Below are positions 1-9,378 of a stretch of 64,000 nucleotides of DNA, one piece after another. The notes under the pieces were generated by a model that was given only the letters and a program-made list of their open reading frames with translations, was not told where the DNA came from and ran no database searches. Position 1 is the stretch's first letter; each line of letters opens with the position of its first letter. The stretch lies in NCBI GenBank assembly GCA_002720275.1, contig PBHR01000023.1, positions 21,600 to 85,599 on the forward strand, written 5' to 3'. Origin of the DNA: Methanobacteriota archaeon (GTDB taxonomy: Archaea > Thermoplasmatota > Poseidoniia > Poseidoniales > Poseidoniaceae). The translations under genes and the position numbers were made by a program.

Positions 1-391
1 AAATATTAGCATCATTTTCTTTTTCAATATTATAAATTTCAGACCCTGAAGAAAAATTAACATCAAATACTTCATCGGTGATATAAACATCAGAAATAAA
101 ATTTCGCTCTTCATAACCCTCTGCATTAAATTGAAGTCTAACACTATGATTTGCCATTACCTGAATTTTTTCTCCATAAGAAATAAAATTTTGTTGGAGA
201 ATAGTTCCTGTCCAACCCTCAATCACTGAAACTTCAACAGAACTAATTAATTGACCAGTGTCATTATCTAAGAAATTAAATGATAATTCTACAAAATCGT
301 CTGGGTTTTGTGATTCTGCAATTGTTCCTGGAATTATACAAGAAAATACACTTAAAAATAAGCATAAAATCATTATAATTTCTTTCTTCAC
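1..391 (-). CDS. partial CDS (N-terminal part; continues past window start): secreted or lipoprotein-like protein, unknown function
   Basis: Not in the ORF track. The minus-strand frame is open from GTG at 391 (GGTGG just upstream; alternative ATG at 373) to position 1. It translates as VKKEIIMILCLFLSVFSCIIPGTIAESQNPDD..., a hydrophobic signal-like N-terminus with a Cys after it. Confidence 0.4.
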   Translation of the reverse strand, partial: MKKEIIMILCLFLSVFSCIIPGTIAESQNPDDFVELSFNFLDNDTGQLISSVEVSVIEGWTGTILQQNFISYGEKIQVMANHSVRLQFNAEGYEERNFISDVYITDEVFDVNFSSGSEIYNIEKENDANI

Positions 392-399
392 GTAACCAC

Positions 400-1365
400 C
401 TAATCAGAATAAAGTATACAAGAACCATCATAATCAATTTCTAATGGGATGATTTTATTTTTAGGATACACAGACTTGACTTTTTCTAATGTGTCACGAC
501 TTCCACCAAAAAGGATGAAACCACCGCCACCTGCCCCCAATAATTTTGCACCTTCAACTCCACAATCAAATAATCTTTGAAACATTAAATTAATTTCATC
601 ATTTGAAATATTTGGACTTAATTCCTTTTTACAAATCCATGTTTCTTGTAATAATTTTGCTAATCCCGATAAATCTTGCTCTATAATCATTTTTTTAGCA
701 TCCTTTGCTTGAATTACCAATAAATCTAAATTATTTCTATTTTGATTAGTTCTACTATTTTGATCCTTAAGAATATCATTTGCTAACCTTGTAATTCCGG
801 TGTATATTAATGAAAAGTTTCCTTTCAATGATGTTTCATCTGATAAGTTTTCCACAAATACTGTTCCATCTTGATTAAAAATAATATGATTACATCCACC
901 GAATGCTACCGCATACTGATCTTGTTTACCAATTGTTTGTCCTAATATCTCAATTTCAATCTTACATGCTTCTTCTGCTAATTGTTGAGGGTTAGGCGAT
1001 CTACCCGCAAAACAATGCAAAGCATGTAACAAACCAACCGTAACAGAAGAAGATGATCCTAAACCACTCCCCTTACTAGGAATATCTGCAATTGTTGTGA
1101 TTTCAACTCCTTTTGTAACTCCAGTCATTCTCATGGCTTCTTTGACTAATTGATGATTTAAGTTTTCAAAATCATCAACAATTTCCATTTCAGAATAAGA
1201 AACTCTAACTGTATCATCAAATCTTGAATTCACTGTAACATATACATATTTATTCAAAGCAACAGATGTTACACAACCTCCCTCTTCTGATGTTGAATAA
1301 TAAGCTTCTAGATCTGAACCACCACCACAAAATGAAACTCTTAACGGTGTTCGGCTCACTATCAT
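400..1365 (-). CDS. GHMP-family sugar kinase (COG2605-like; heptose-phosphate or fucose kinase type)
   Basis: Has the RTPLRVSFCGGGSD N-terminal motif, the GHMP motif PSKGSGLGSSSS and a C-terminal GAGGGGF. I moved the start to the internal ATG at 1365 (MIVSRTPLRVSF), which is preceded by GGAGGT; the track ORF extends to 1431. Confidence 0.8.
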   Translation of the reverse strand: MIVSRTPLRVSFCGGGSDLEAYYSTSEEGGCVTSVALNKYVYVTVNSRFDDTVRVSYSEMEIVDDFENLNHQLVKEAMRMTGVTKGVEITTIADIPSKGSGLGSSSSVTVGLLHALHCFAGRSPNPQQLAEEACKIEIEILGQTIGKQDQYAVAFGGCNHIIFNQDGTVFVENLSDETSLKGNFSLIYTGITRLANDILKDQNSRTNQNRNNLDLLVIQAKDAKKMIIEQDLSGLAKLLQETWICKKELSPNISNDEINLMFQRLFDCGVEGAKLLGAGGGGFILFGGSRDTLEKVKSVYPKNKIIPLEIDYDGSCILYSD

Positions 1366-1469
1366 TAGACCTCCGACAATGCTCCTATTCAAGAAAGACA
1401 CCCCTATTAGTTCAATAATTTTGCTTTTCAAGAGAGGGCAAGGGTTATTGATAGCCGTCTAAGCCGACT

Positions 1470-2423
1470 ATGTGGAAGAGCATGAATTCACTGATAACAA
1501 TGAACGATTTAACTAATGAAGACATTCATAGAATACTATTAGATGCTGAAAAATTATTGCCTGTTGCAAAAGGTAACTTCCATCTACCGTTATTAGAAGG
1601 AAAAATTCTTGGAAATCTATTTTTTGAGCCATCTACTAGAACTAGAATGTCATTTGAAACAGCAATGAAAAGGTTAGGAGGAGACGTAATTAATTTAGGT
1701 GCAGTAGCATCTTCATCAGTAGTTAAAGGTGAAACATTACATGATACTATTAGAATGGTCGATGGTTATTCGGATATTATAGCATTAAGGCACCCACGAC
1801 AAGGAGCTGCTCAATATGCATCTGATTGTGCAAATGTACCAATTGCAAATGCTGGTGATGGTGCTGGGCATCACCCAACTCAAACTATGCTTGACTTATT
1901 TACAATTAAACAAGCACATGGAAAAATTGAAAATCTAAATGTAGTTTTAGTTGGTGATTTAAGGTTTGGAAGAACTGTTCATTCTCTTTCATATGCTTTA
2001 GTTAGATTCGGATGCAAATTAACCTTGGTTAGTCCTGAGAGTCTAAGGTTACCAGAAGAAATTGTTAATGAATTAAAAACCCAAGGTGGAGAATTAACAA
2101 TTACTGAAGATTTAAAACCACAATTAAAAGATGCTGATGTAGTTTATATGACTAGAATTCAAAAAGAAAGGTTTCCCGATGAAGATGAATATGTAAGAGT
2201 TGCAGGTATATACAAATTAGTGGCAAATGATTTGTCTTCTGTAAAAAATGACATGATTGTTATGCATCCACTTCCTCGTGTTGATGAAATAAATCCTGAT
2301 GTTGATTCTACCAGACATGCAGCATATTTTGAACAAGCATTCAATGGAGTAGTAACTAGAATGGCATTACTTTGCAACATGTTAAATGTTCCAATACCAG
2401 AAAAAATAGGAGGTGAACAATAA
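1470..2423 (+). CDS. pyrB: aspartate carbamoyltransferase catalytic subunit
   Basis: Contains the STRTR, HPTQ and HPLPR motifs at the typical length, and is followed by pyrI with a TAATG overlap. The start could be the internal Met (MNSLI). Confidence 0.95.
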   Translation: MWKSMNSLITMNDLTNEDIHRILLDAEKLLPVAKGNFHLPLLEGKILGNLFFEPSTRTRMSFETAMKRLGGDVINLGAVASSSVVKGETLHDTIRMVDGYSDIIALRHPRQGAAQYASDCANVPIANAGDGAGHHPTQTMLDLFTIKQAHGKIENLNVVLVGDLRFGRTVHSLSYALVRFGCKLTLVSPESLRLPEEIVNELKTQGGELTITEDLKPQLKDADVVYMTRIQKERFPDEDEYVRVAGIYKLVANDLSSVKNDMIVMHPLPRVDEINPDVDSTRHAAYFEQAFNGVVTRMALLCNMLNVPIPEKIGGEQ

Positions 2424-2902
2424 TGACTGCTGATGAACAAGCCATGAGAAGAGTAACTGCAATTAGGAATGGTACAGTAATTGATCATATTCCTGGAGGA
2501 ATGGTATTACAAGCATTGCAAATTTTCAATGTAGATGGTAGACACTCAAATCCAATTTCCTTAGTAATGAATGTACCCTCTAGAAAACTTGGAACTAAAG
2601 ACATATTAAAAATTGAAGATAGAGAATTAACCCAAGAAGAATTAGACCGATTAGCATTAATTGCACCCATGGCTTCAGTTTCAATAATTAGAAATTATTC
2701 TGTTGCAGAAAAATTATCAATTCAACTTGGTGATGAAATGATTAATGTTGCACATTGTGTTTATTCTAATTGTATTAGCAATGCTGAAAGAGAACCTTTG
2801 CCTCATAGACTTAAAGTGTTAAATACATCTCCAATGACTCTGCAATGCCATTATTGTGGAAGAAATCAAAATTTAGACCGACTTGTTAAAAATTTACTGT
2901 GA
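2423..2902 (+). CDS. pyrI: aspartate carbamoyltransferase regulatory subunit
   Basis: Has the AIRNGTVIDHIP motif and C-terminal Zn-binding Cys pairs (CxxxxC ... CxxC). GGAGGTGA lies 6 nt upstream of the ATG. Confidence 0.9.
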   Translation: MTADEQAMRRVTAIRNGTVIDHIPGGMVLQALQIFNVDGRHSNPISLVMNVPSRKLGTKDILKIEDRELTQEELDRLALIAPMASVSIIRNYSVAEKLSIQLGDEMINVAHCVYSNCISNAEREPLPHRLKVLNTSPMTLQCHYCGRNQNLDRLVKNLL

Positions 2903-2906
2903 GAGT

Positions 2907-3677
2907 ATGCGTATTATTTCTTGGAATGTAAATGGTATTCGAGCAGCAATACGTAAGGGTTTTGATGACTTCGTAAATAATCTAAAACCTGACATTTTAA
3001 TGCTACAAGAAATTCGTTGCTTAGAAGAGCAACTCCCTACCAATTGGTCACCACCTCTTGAAATGAATTATGCATGGCATCCAGCAATTAGAAAAGGTTA
3101 CTCAGGAGTTGCTACATTATCACATAAAGATTTTGCAATTCTTGGTAAAGGTAAAAATAACGAAAAAGATGAAGAGGGGAGGGTTTTAATTACCAAACAT
3201 CAAAATTTAACATTAATTAATACATATTTACCTAGTGGAAGTTCAAAAATTGAAAGGCAAAATTTCAAAGAAAATTGGATGGAAACATATCTAATCTGGT
3301 TAAATGAATATGTGAATCAGGAGTCTCCGGTAATTGTTGCAGGTGATCTTAATATTGCACATACAGAAAATGACATTTGGAACCCTTCTGGAAACAAAAT
3401 GACCTCGGGGTTTTTACCTAATGAAAGAGAATGGTTCGATAGATTGCTTCAAACTGGATGGGTTGATATATGCAGACAAAAATTTGGGGATAGAAAAGGC
3501 CCATACTCTTGGTGGTCAAATAGAGGAAGGGCAAGGATACTTGATAGAGGTTGGAGAATCGATTATTTTTTGGCAAATAAAGCTGCAGCAAAATTAGTTG
3601 TCAATGCTGAAATAAATAGAGAAGGTGGACTAATTGTTAGCGATCACGCACCGGTAATCATTGACCTAAATTTATGA
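2907..3677 (+). CDS. xth: exodeoxyribonuclease III / AP endonuclease (EEP fold)
   Basis: Contains MRIISWNVNGIRA, LQE, GDLNIAH and SDHAP motifs. ATG at 2907 is chosen because the track start at 2883 overlaps the end of pyrI. Confidence 0.9.
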   Translation: MRIISWNVNGIRAAIRKGFDDFVNNLKPDILMLQEIRCLEEQLPTNWSPPLEMNYAWHPAIRKGYSGVATLSHKDFAILGKGKNNEKDEEGRVLITKHQNLTLINTYLPSGSSKIERQNFKENWMETYLIWLNEYVNQESPVIVAGDLNIAHTENDIWNPSGNKMTSGFLPNEREWFDRLLQTGWVDICRQKFGDRKGPYSWWSNRGRARILDRGWRIDYFLANKAAAKLVVNAEINREGGLIVSDHAPVIIDLNL

Positions 3678-4676
3678 ATGATCTACTAACCATTTTTTCA
3701 TAATACAAGCCTTGCAAATTTCTTGGCTAGTGATTTCTCCACACTTTTCACAATTATTTGCACTTTTATTACTCAAATCAGAAAGTTGCTGATTATTATT
3801 TTTTGCAAACATTTCCTTAATTGAATCTGATGAATGTACTAAACCATGACGGGTTCCAGGAACTGCATCTTCCATCTTAGCTACAATATCTCTATGCAAT
3901 ATTCTTAATGCTTGATGCGAATGTGGGCATTCGTCATCATGAAAAGGTAAATCTAATGTCATAGCGTAAGCTTGTACTTCTTGTTCTGGAATCCATCTAA
4001 TCGGAACAATACGTGGTGCCATCCCTTTAATTGGGGCCCAAGTATGTGGTGCTAGCCTAATAGTACGCTCTAAATCTCCTTTTTGTAAATTCATTAAAAC
4101 AGTCTGTGCCATATCATCCAAATTATGACCAAATGCCACATAATCAGCATTCATTTCTGAAGCTAATTTATTAATTCCCTTCCTTCTAAATACACCACAA
4201 AATGAACAGGGAGACATTCCTTTAACTTCTTCATTTTTTTTACTAATTTTTGGCATTACTTTTACAACATTATCCATATCATCGAACCCTAAAGATTTGT
4301 AACTTAAGGACTTAAATTCAATTCCAAGGTTATTTGCTAATTTTTCGGCACATTCCATTGAAGGTTTCCTATATCCTTCTATACCTTCATTTACACAACC
4401 AGCTATTAGTTTGACATCTTTTCTATTTTTTAAAAAATGATGTAAAGTTTCTAAAAGAACTGCAGAATCTTTACCACCGCTTACTGCTACCATAATTGTA
4501 GTCGATTCTTTATTTTCTCCCTTGGGAAGAATTAATTGTTTCCTTAATTCCTTACCGATTCTTTTTCTTACACTTCTAATTAAACAACTAGAACAATAAT
4601 GTTGTCCTGAATATTCTTGATATAAGATTGCAGGTTTTCGGCAACGAGAACACTGTGAGATATCAATCGCGGACAC
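3672..4676 (-). CDS. tRNA 2-thiolation PP-loop ATPase, TtuA/NcsA (Ncs6/Ctu1) family
   Basis: Has the PP-loop SGGKDS, N- and C-terminal CxxC...CxxC zinc fingers, and an internal CSFCG cluster typical of the Fe-S TtuA/Ncs6 family. Confidence 0.8.
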   Translation of the reverse strand: MSAIDISQCSRCRKPAILYQEYSGQHYCSSCLIRSVRKRIGKELRKQLILPKGENKESTTIMVAVSGGKDSAVLLETLHHFLKNRKDVKLIAGCVNEGIEGYRKPSMECAEKLANNLGIEFKSLSYKSLGFDDMDNVVKVMPKISKKNEEVKGMSPCSFCGVFRRKGINKLASEMNADYVAFGHNLDDMAQTVLMNLQKGDLERTIRLAPHTWAPIKGMAPRIVPIRWIPEQEVQAYAMTLDLPFHDDECPHSHQALRILHRDIVAKMEDAVPGTRHGLVHSSDSIKEMFAKNNNQQLSDLSNKSANNCEKCGEITSQEICKACIMKKWLVDHS

Positions 4677-4717
4677 AATAGCCGCATTGAATATGACGCT
4701 TCAATTCATCGGAAAGA

Positions 4718-5386
4718 TTATTCTTTAGTAAAATAGAATAATTGATTATAATTTTTTAATTCGAAATCAGTACATTTTAATTCATTAATATTTTTCCAAA
4801 TTTCAAACCTTGAACTAATTAATGGTAAATGATAATACCTAGACACCTTTGAAGAATCCGGTAAAGTCCAAGAAACCCAAACTACATCTTCGTTTTCTTC
4901 ATCAAGATCTCCATTGATAACTGAAGGTGCCGAAGGGTCCCAACATGAAATCAAAATCTTACCCTCCTTTTTTGTGACTCTTGAAAATTCATTTAAAGCA
5001 ATTTTATTCAAATCAAACGGCAAATGATGCAATACTGCTATAGAGATTATTGCATCAAATTCATCATCTAAAAATTGTAAATCACACACATCAGAAACAA
5101 AAATATTTTCTCCAGGCCTACCAAGTTCTTTCTCCGCCTCAATAGTTGCATTTACCATACTCACAGAAATGTCAATTGCTGAAACTTCGAATCCTAAATC
5201 AGTTGCTAACCTAACATGCCTTCCATTTCCACATCCAGCAATTAATAATTTCAATGGTTTTTTTAAATTATCAGAGGCAAATCCCTTTAACCAATCAACA
5301 ACGAAATCCCATGTGCTTGTACGTTTTTTCCCAAAATCAGAACCTATGGAGTCATAAGCAAATTTGACTGATTTTCTTGGGTCCAT
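4718..5386 (-). CDS. class I SAM-dependent methyltransferase, Trm9-like (tRNA wobble-uridine methyl-esterification type)
   Basis: Contains GCGNG (SAM motif I), FDAIISIAVLHH, ILISCW and RYYHL. These are colinear with the yeast Trm9 pattern (Y..I...F...R...W, GCGNGK, ISIAVVHH, LIYCWA, RYYHL) as I recall it. Confidence 0.65.
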   Translation of the reverse strand: MDPRKSVKFAYDSIGSDFGKKRTSTWDFVVDWLKGFASDNLKKPLKLLIAGCGNGRHVRLATDLGFEVSAIDISVSMVNATIEAEKELGRPGENIFVSDVCDLQFLDDEFDAIISIAVLHHLPFDLNKIALNEFSRVTKKEGKILISCWDPSAPSVINGDLDEENEDVVWVSWTLPDSSKVSRYYHLPLISSRFEIWKNINELKCTDFELKNYNQLFYFTKE

Positions 5387-5444
5387 AATACTCGCTAAGA
5401 TAATTTGGATTTGATTGCTTTGGACAATCTAATTAATTTAAATT

Positions 5445-5487
5445 AAAATTATTCAATTGGAATATTAATTTCCCAATTGGAAAATTC
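5445..5487 (+). promoter_or_regulatory. composite CAATTG element, copy A (two CAATTG boxes 20 bp apart around ATTAATT)
   Basis: Sequence is aaaattattCAATTGgaatATTAATTtccCAATTGgaaaattc, with boxes at 5454-5459 and 5474-5479. It is near-identical in architecture to copies at 37902-37944 and 55843-55885, and lies ~120 bp upstream of the Roadblock gene. Confidence 0.6.
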
Positions 5488-5603
5488 AAAAAATAAGAAA
5501 ATAGGTTTTGGAAATAGAAATTAATCACATAAATCAATATTCAAACTAAAAAATCCCCCCAAATCTCTTGAACTAGTCTGCACACTGAGGCATCTAGAGG
5601 CGT

Positions 5604-5948
5604 ATGTTACAACGGTTGTTATCGTCATTTTGTAATATCCCAAGTGTTCGATTTGCTGCAATTATCGATAATATTGGGAATGAATTGATGCAAACTTATA
5701 GTAGTAAAAGACAAGACGTTTCATTTATGGACTTTGGCGGCCTGTTGCATACAATTGATATGAGTTCGAAATTATGTGATATGGGAGATGCTAATCAATG
5801 CTGGATTGAATCGGAAAACGGGACTATTTTTTTATGTGCATTACCAGATAGGAAATACATTGGTATTTTAACAGATGAAAATCCGAATATAGGCCGAATA
5901 AGTTACGAGTTAAATACAAAAAAAGAAGCAATCGCTCAATTAATTTAG
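5604..5948 (+). CDS. Roadblock/LC7 (MglB-like) domain protein
   Basis: This 114-aa protein is colinear with the Robl_LC7 pattern: ...IPSVRFAAIIDNIGNEL...CWIESENGTIFLCALPDRKYIGILTDENPNIGRISYEL. Confidence 0.7.
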   Translation: MLQRLLSSFCNIPSVRFAAIIDNIGNELMQTYSSKRQDVSFMDFGGLLHTIDMSSKLCDMGDANQCWIESENGTIFLCALPDRKYIGILTDENPNIGRISYELNTKKEAIAQLI

Positions 5949-5962
5949 GTTAGGTGGAAGAA

Positions 5963-8900
5963 ATGTTTAGTTTACCCTTGGGAAGTGAAGAAAAAAAGAA
6001 TGTGGCATCTGATTTAGAAATAAACAGCAGTGAAATTGATTATGGAGTAATAAGTTATTATTTACCTAAAACTAAAACACCTTGTGGTTACAGGTTAATT
6101 GCTGGAAGTGAAATTGTTGGATGTTTGGCAAAATCAGGAAAAAAGAAAAATTATATTGGTGCTAAAGAAGCAATAGACGAACTTAAAAAAGTCAGTAAAA
6201 AGAATAAATTAAGAACTTTAAGATCTACTTGGTCACAAAAAGAATTTGCCGAAGTTGCTCTTTTAGTACCTGCAGCATTCTATGATATTAATTCCCTTGC
6301 AGGAATCTCAACAAAACAATCATTTTCAAGCGGGTTTGATTCATTACAAGCAAGTTCATTTGTTGATACTCTTACAGAAAGATCTTCCGTAATAGGTGCT
6401 TTAGCTTCTGAAAAAGGTATGCCGATTCATTCAAAAGGAGAATTACCTGGAAAAATTGAAGATGTTGCTACTACAATCAAATCTGAATTAGATCGTTCAT
6501 CAAAAGTAGTAAATAAACTAGAATTACCAACATTAAATAGAATTTCAATGCATATGCAAGATGGTTCTTTACTAATGATGAGAATTGAGGGTTTAGACAT
6601 AGTTGCTTGGGTTTCAGAAGGTGCAGATCATGATGCAATAATAATAGATTCAATAGCAAAATTAGATTCTATGCAGGATACAAATATTGCTGATGATGAC
6701 GGAAGTATGCTTGAAGAAGGACTTAGTAGCCTTGAGCGTAAAGGAGGTTTGGATAATTTACTTTCTATGTTATCTAGAGGAAACTCTGAGTCAATTAGTG
6801 GATACATTAGGGTTGAAAATGATGAGGATCTTTTAGATATTTTGATCAGCAAAGGAATCCCAGTTGGTGCACGTTCAAAAAAGCAATTATCTGTAAAAGA
6901 TGTCGCATATAAGTCTACAGCACCTAAAGCAAAATTAACATTATTTTCGCTTCCAAAAATTGAACGGATGAGCACTCATTTGAATACAACAAAAAAATTT
7001 AGCCTCAATTCTTTCTGTAATCATATTTCTAAATCTAGAACAAGATCAAAAGATAGAGAAAAACAAATTAACAAACGATTAATGAAAATGTTTGGTTTTG
7101 CCATTGGTATTGAAGATTTAACAGAAAGCCTTGGAGAATGGACATTAAAAGAAAAGAAAAATGCTGGCGCGAAATTAGTTCCTAAAGCACAAAGTGGAAA
7201 AATGCTAATGCCAACATCTGTCGTAGATTCTAAAGAATTTGATAAAATTAAACAAGAACAAGCACGCCTAATTAAAGAAGTTGCTAAAATGGAACGACAG
7301 CGTGACGATGTAAAAGCATCATTTGATGCTTCAAAAATAGAAGTTGATGGAATGAGGGCAAGAATTTCTGAAATGCAAAAATTAAATTCTGGAAGTGTTG
7401 ATCAAATCTCACAATTAAAAATAGATTTAAGAGAGGCAACTAACGGTCAAGAATTAGCATTAAACCGCAATGAAAGTTTAACTCAAAGAATTAAAGAATT
7501 AGAAAAACAAGTAGAACATAGAATTGAAGAATTATCCCAAGCAGTAGGTGAATCTGAAAGTAGGGAAAAATTACAAAAAATGGTTAGTGATCTTTCTGAG
7601 CAAGAAATCAGATTAAAATCAGAAGTTGAAGCAGGAGATATAAGATTAAGACAGTTGAGGGCATCAATTGATGCAGATGACAGAAGACATAGAATGGTTG
7701 CAGATCAACTTGAAGCGCAAAGAGAAAGACATCGGCAAGCAACTGCAATTTCAAATGAATTAGAAAGAAGAATTGAAAGTCAAAATAAAGAGTTATTAGA
7801 TTTAGATGCTGAAGCAACATCACATAGGAAACTAATGGGAGAAGAAAGAGCACATTTCTTAGATTCTGAAAGGCGTTTAGGTCATTTACACGCTGAAGTT
7901 AAAGAATTACATGAAGAAAGGCGTAGATTAATGAGAGAATTAGGTGACTTAAGTGGTAGAAGAGCCGAAGCTGAAACTGAAGTCAATAATTTAATTTCAA
8001 CCGCTGAATCATTAAAAGATGCACATGATGCAGCATTATCTGATATAGATGAAGCAAATACAATAAGAGCAAAATTACGTGATGAACCTTTAGCACAAGC
8101 ATTATTGGGACAAGATCATGGTTTTTCATCACTCGCACCAATAATGCAAAGACTAGATCGAATGAGAGAGTTAGGTTATAGTTTAACATTAATGGATAGA
8201 GCAATAGAAAGAGGATTAACAATAATTCAACACAATGTAGACAATGTTGCAAAAACTCCAAGATATCTATTATCAACTGAAGTTATGGATTTATTACAAT
8301 CACAAACACCAGAAACTGCAAGTACAATTAGAGGTCTCACAAATTGGTCTGTACGCCAACGTTTGGAAAGTAAATTAAAAGAAATCGTTCAATTAGTTGT
8401 TTTAGACTTAGAAGGGTTATTAGATGAATTCGAACGATCTACCACATTATTGAGAAAAATGAGACAAATGATTACTCAACTTGAAGAATTAGGAGTTCCA
8501 AAAGACACCCTCTACAGACTTGAAGCACTTTGTAATAGACCTGAAGCATTGCCACATATAGCAAATAATCTACGGGAGACAATTCAATCGGCACTAGATT
8601 CAATATACTTAGAAGCTGATCAAGGTGATGCGGGAGTTGCGGTAGTAATGGAAAAAACTGCAAGTTCCTTAGATGAAGCAATGAAACAATTAGATGAAAC
8701 TGGTTTAACATTTGGCTCGAAAAAACCTACACAACTTTGGATTTTCCAAGAAAATGGGCTTCTACCCCATGAAGATATTAAATTAGAGTCTGAGAGACCT
8801 TCAGTATCTGAAGAAATAATCAGAGAACTAAACCCTCATAATGCAAGTAATGCTGAGAGTATTGAAGTTAGTAAAGATGCCGTAAATGATGAAGACGGAT

Positions 8901-9115
8901 GGACTTCTATGGAAATTGATACAACTAAAGAAAATCAAGTATCAAATAATACTGAAACAGACGTTTCAATTGAAGAAAATAGTAGGATTGCAATTGATGC
9001 TGAATTAGCAAAATTAGATCATGCATGGGAACGTAGAAACATTAATTCAGAAGTAGAAGAGGAAGAAGACCCTCTAAATGAATTAAATAATGAAGTTGAA
9101 AAATTCGATATTTGA
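5963..9115 (+). CDS. giant protein with an N-terminal region containing a Roadblock-like domain, a ~285-aa coiled coil, a helical C-terminal domain and an acidic tail
   Basis: The long ORF is not interrupted by any competing frame. Residues ~135-237 (VIGALASEKGMPIHSKG...ISMHMQDGSLLMMRIEGLDIVAWVSEGAD) look Roadblock-like, and residues ~426-710 are heptad-rich in E/R/K/L. I prefer ATG 5963 (AGGTGG 5 nt upstream) over the track's GTG 5954. Confidence 0.75.
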   Translation: MFSLPLGSEEKKNVASDLEINSSEIDYGVISYYLPKTKTPCGYRLIAGSEIVGCLAKSGKKKNYIGAKEAIDELKKVSKKNKLRTLRSTWSQKEFAEVALLVPAAFYDINSLAGISTKQSFSSGFDSLQASSFVDTLTERSSVIGALASEKGMPIHSKGELPGKIEDVATTIKSELDRSSKVVNKLELPTLNRISMHMQDGSLLMMRIEGLDIVAWVSEGADHDAIIIDSIAKLDSMQDTNIADDDGSMLEEGLSSLERKGGLDNLLSMLSRGNSESISGYIRVENDEDLLDILISKGIPVGARSKKQLSVKDVAYKSTAPKAKLTLFSLPKIERMSTHLNTTKKFSLNSFCNHISKSRTRSKDREKQINKRLMKMFGFAIGIEDLTESLGEWTLKEKKNAGAKLVPKAQSGKMLMPTSVVDSKEFDKIKQEQARLIKEVAKMERQRDDVKASFDASKIEVDGMRARISEMQKLNSGSVDQISQLKIDLREATNGQELALNRNESLTQRIKELEKQVEHRIEELSQAVGESESREKLQKMVSDLSEQEIRLKSEVEAGDIRLRQLRASIDADDRRHRMVADQLEAQRERHRQATAISNELERRIESQNKELLDLDAEATSHRKLMGEERAHFLDSERRLGHLHAEVKELHEERRRLMRELGDLSGRRAEAETEVNNLISTAESLKDAHDAALSDIDEANTIRAKLRDEPLAQALLGQDHGFSSLAPIMQRLDRMRELGYSLTLMDRAIERGLTIIQHNVDNVAKTPRYLLSTEVMDLLQSQTPETASTIRGLTNWSVRQRLESKLKEIVQLVVLDLEGLLDEFERSTTLLRKMRQMITQLEELGVPKDTLYRLEALCNRPEALPHIANNLRETIQSALDSIYLEADQGDAGVAVVMEKTASSLDEAMKQLDETGLTFGSKKPTQLWIFQENGLLPHEDIKLESERPSVSEEIIRELNPHNASNAESIEVSKDAVNDEDGWTSMEIDTTKENQVSNNTETDVSIEENSRIAIDAELAKLDHAWERRNINSEVEEEEDPLNELNNEVEKFDI

Positions 9116-9126
9116 GGTGAAAAATC

Positions 9127-9378
9127 ATGAAAGAAGAGCTTAACAAGCTCACATTAATTGGGAGAACGGAGATCAAAGGTAAAAGATATCCAATTTTTTT
9201 AGAACGGTTCGGTTTACTTTTTTCAATAATTTTAACTATTTTTTTAACATTTACAATTTGGAATGAATTTGAAGAATACATTTGGTTAAATGTTTTATTA
9301 AGTATTTGTTTTGCACCTTTATTTGCTTTATCAATGGCAGAAATAATAGGTAGATTAATTCAATATTTACAGAATTAA
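9127..9378 (+). CDS. small membrane protein (two predicted TM helices)
   Basis: GAGGTGA lies 6 nt upstream of the ATG, directly after the stop of the giant gene. There are two hydrophobic stretches (LLFSIILTIFLTFTIW and LNVLLSICFAPLFALSMAEII). Confidence 0.6.
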   Translation: MKEELNKLTLIGRTEIKGKRYPIFLERFGLLFSIILTIFLTFTIWNEFEEYIWLNVLLSICFAPLFALSMAEIIGRLIQYLQN

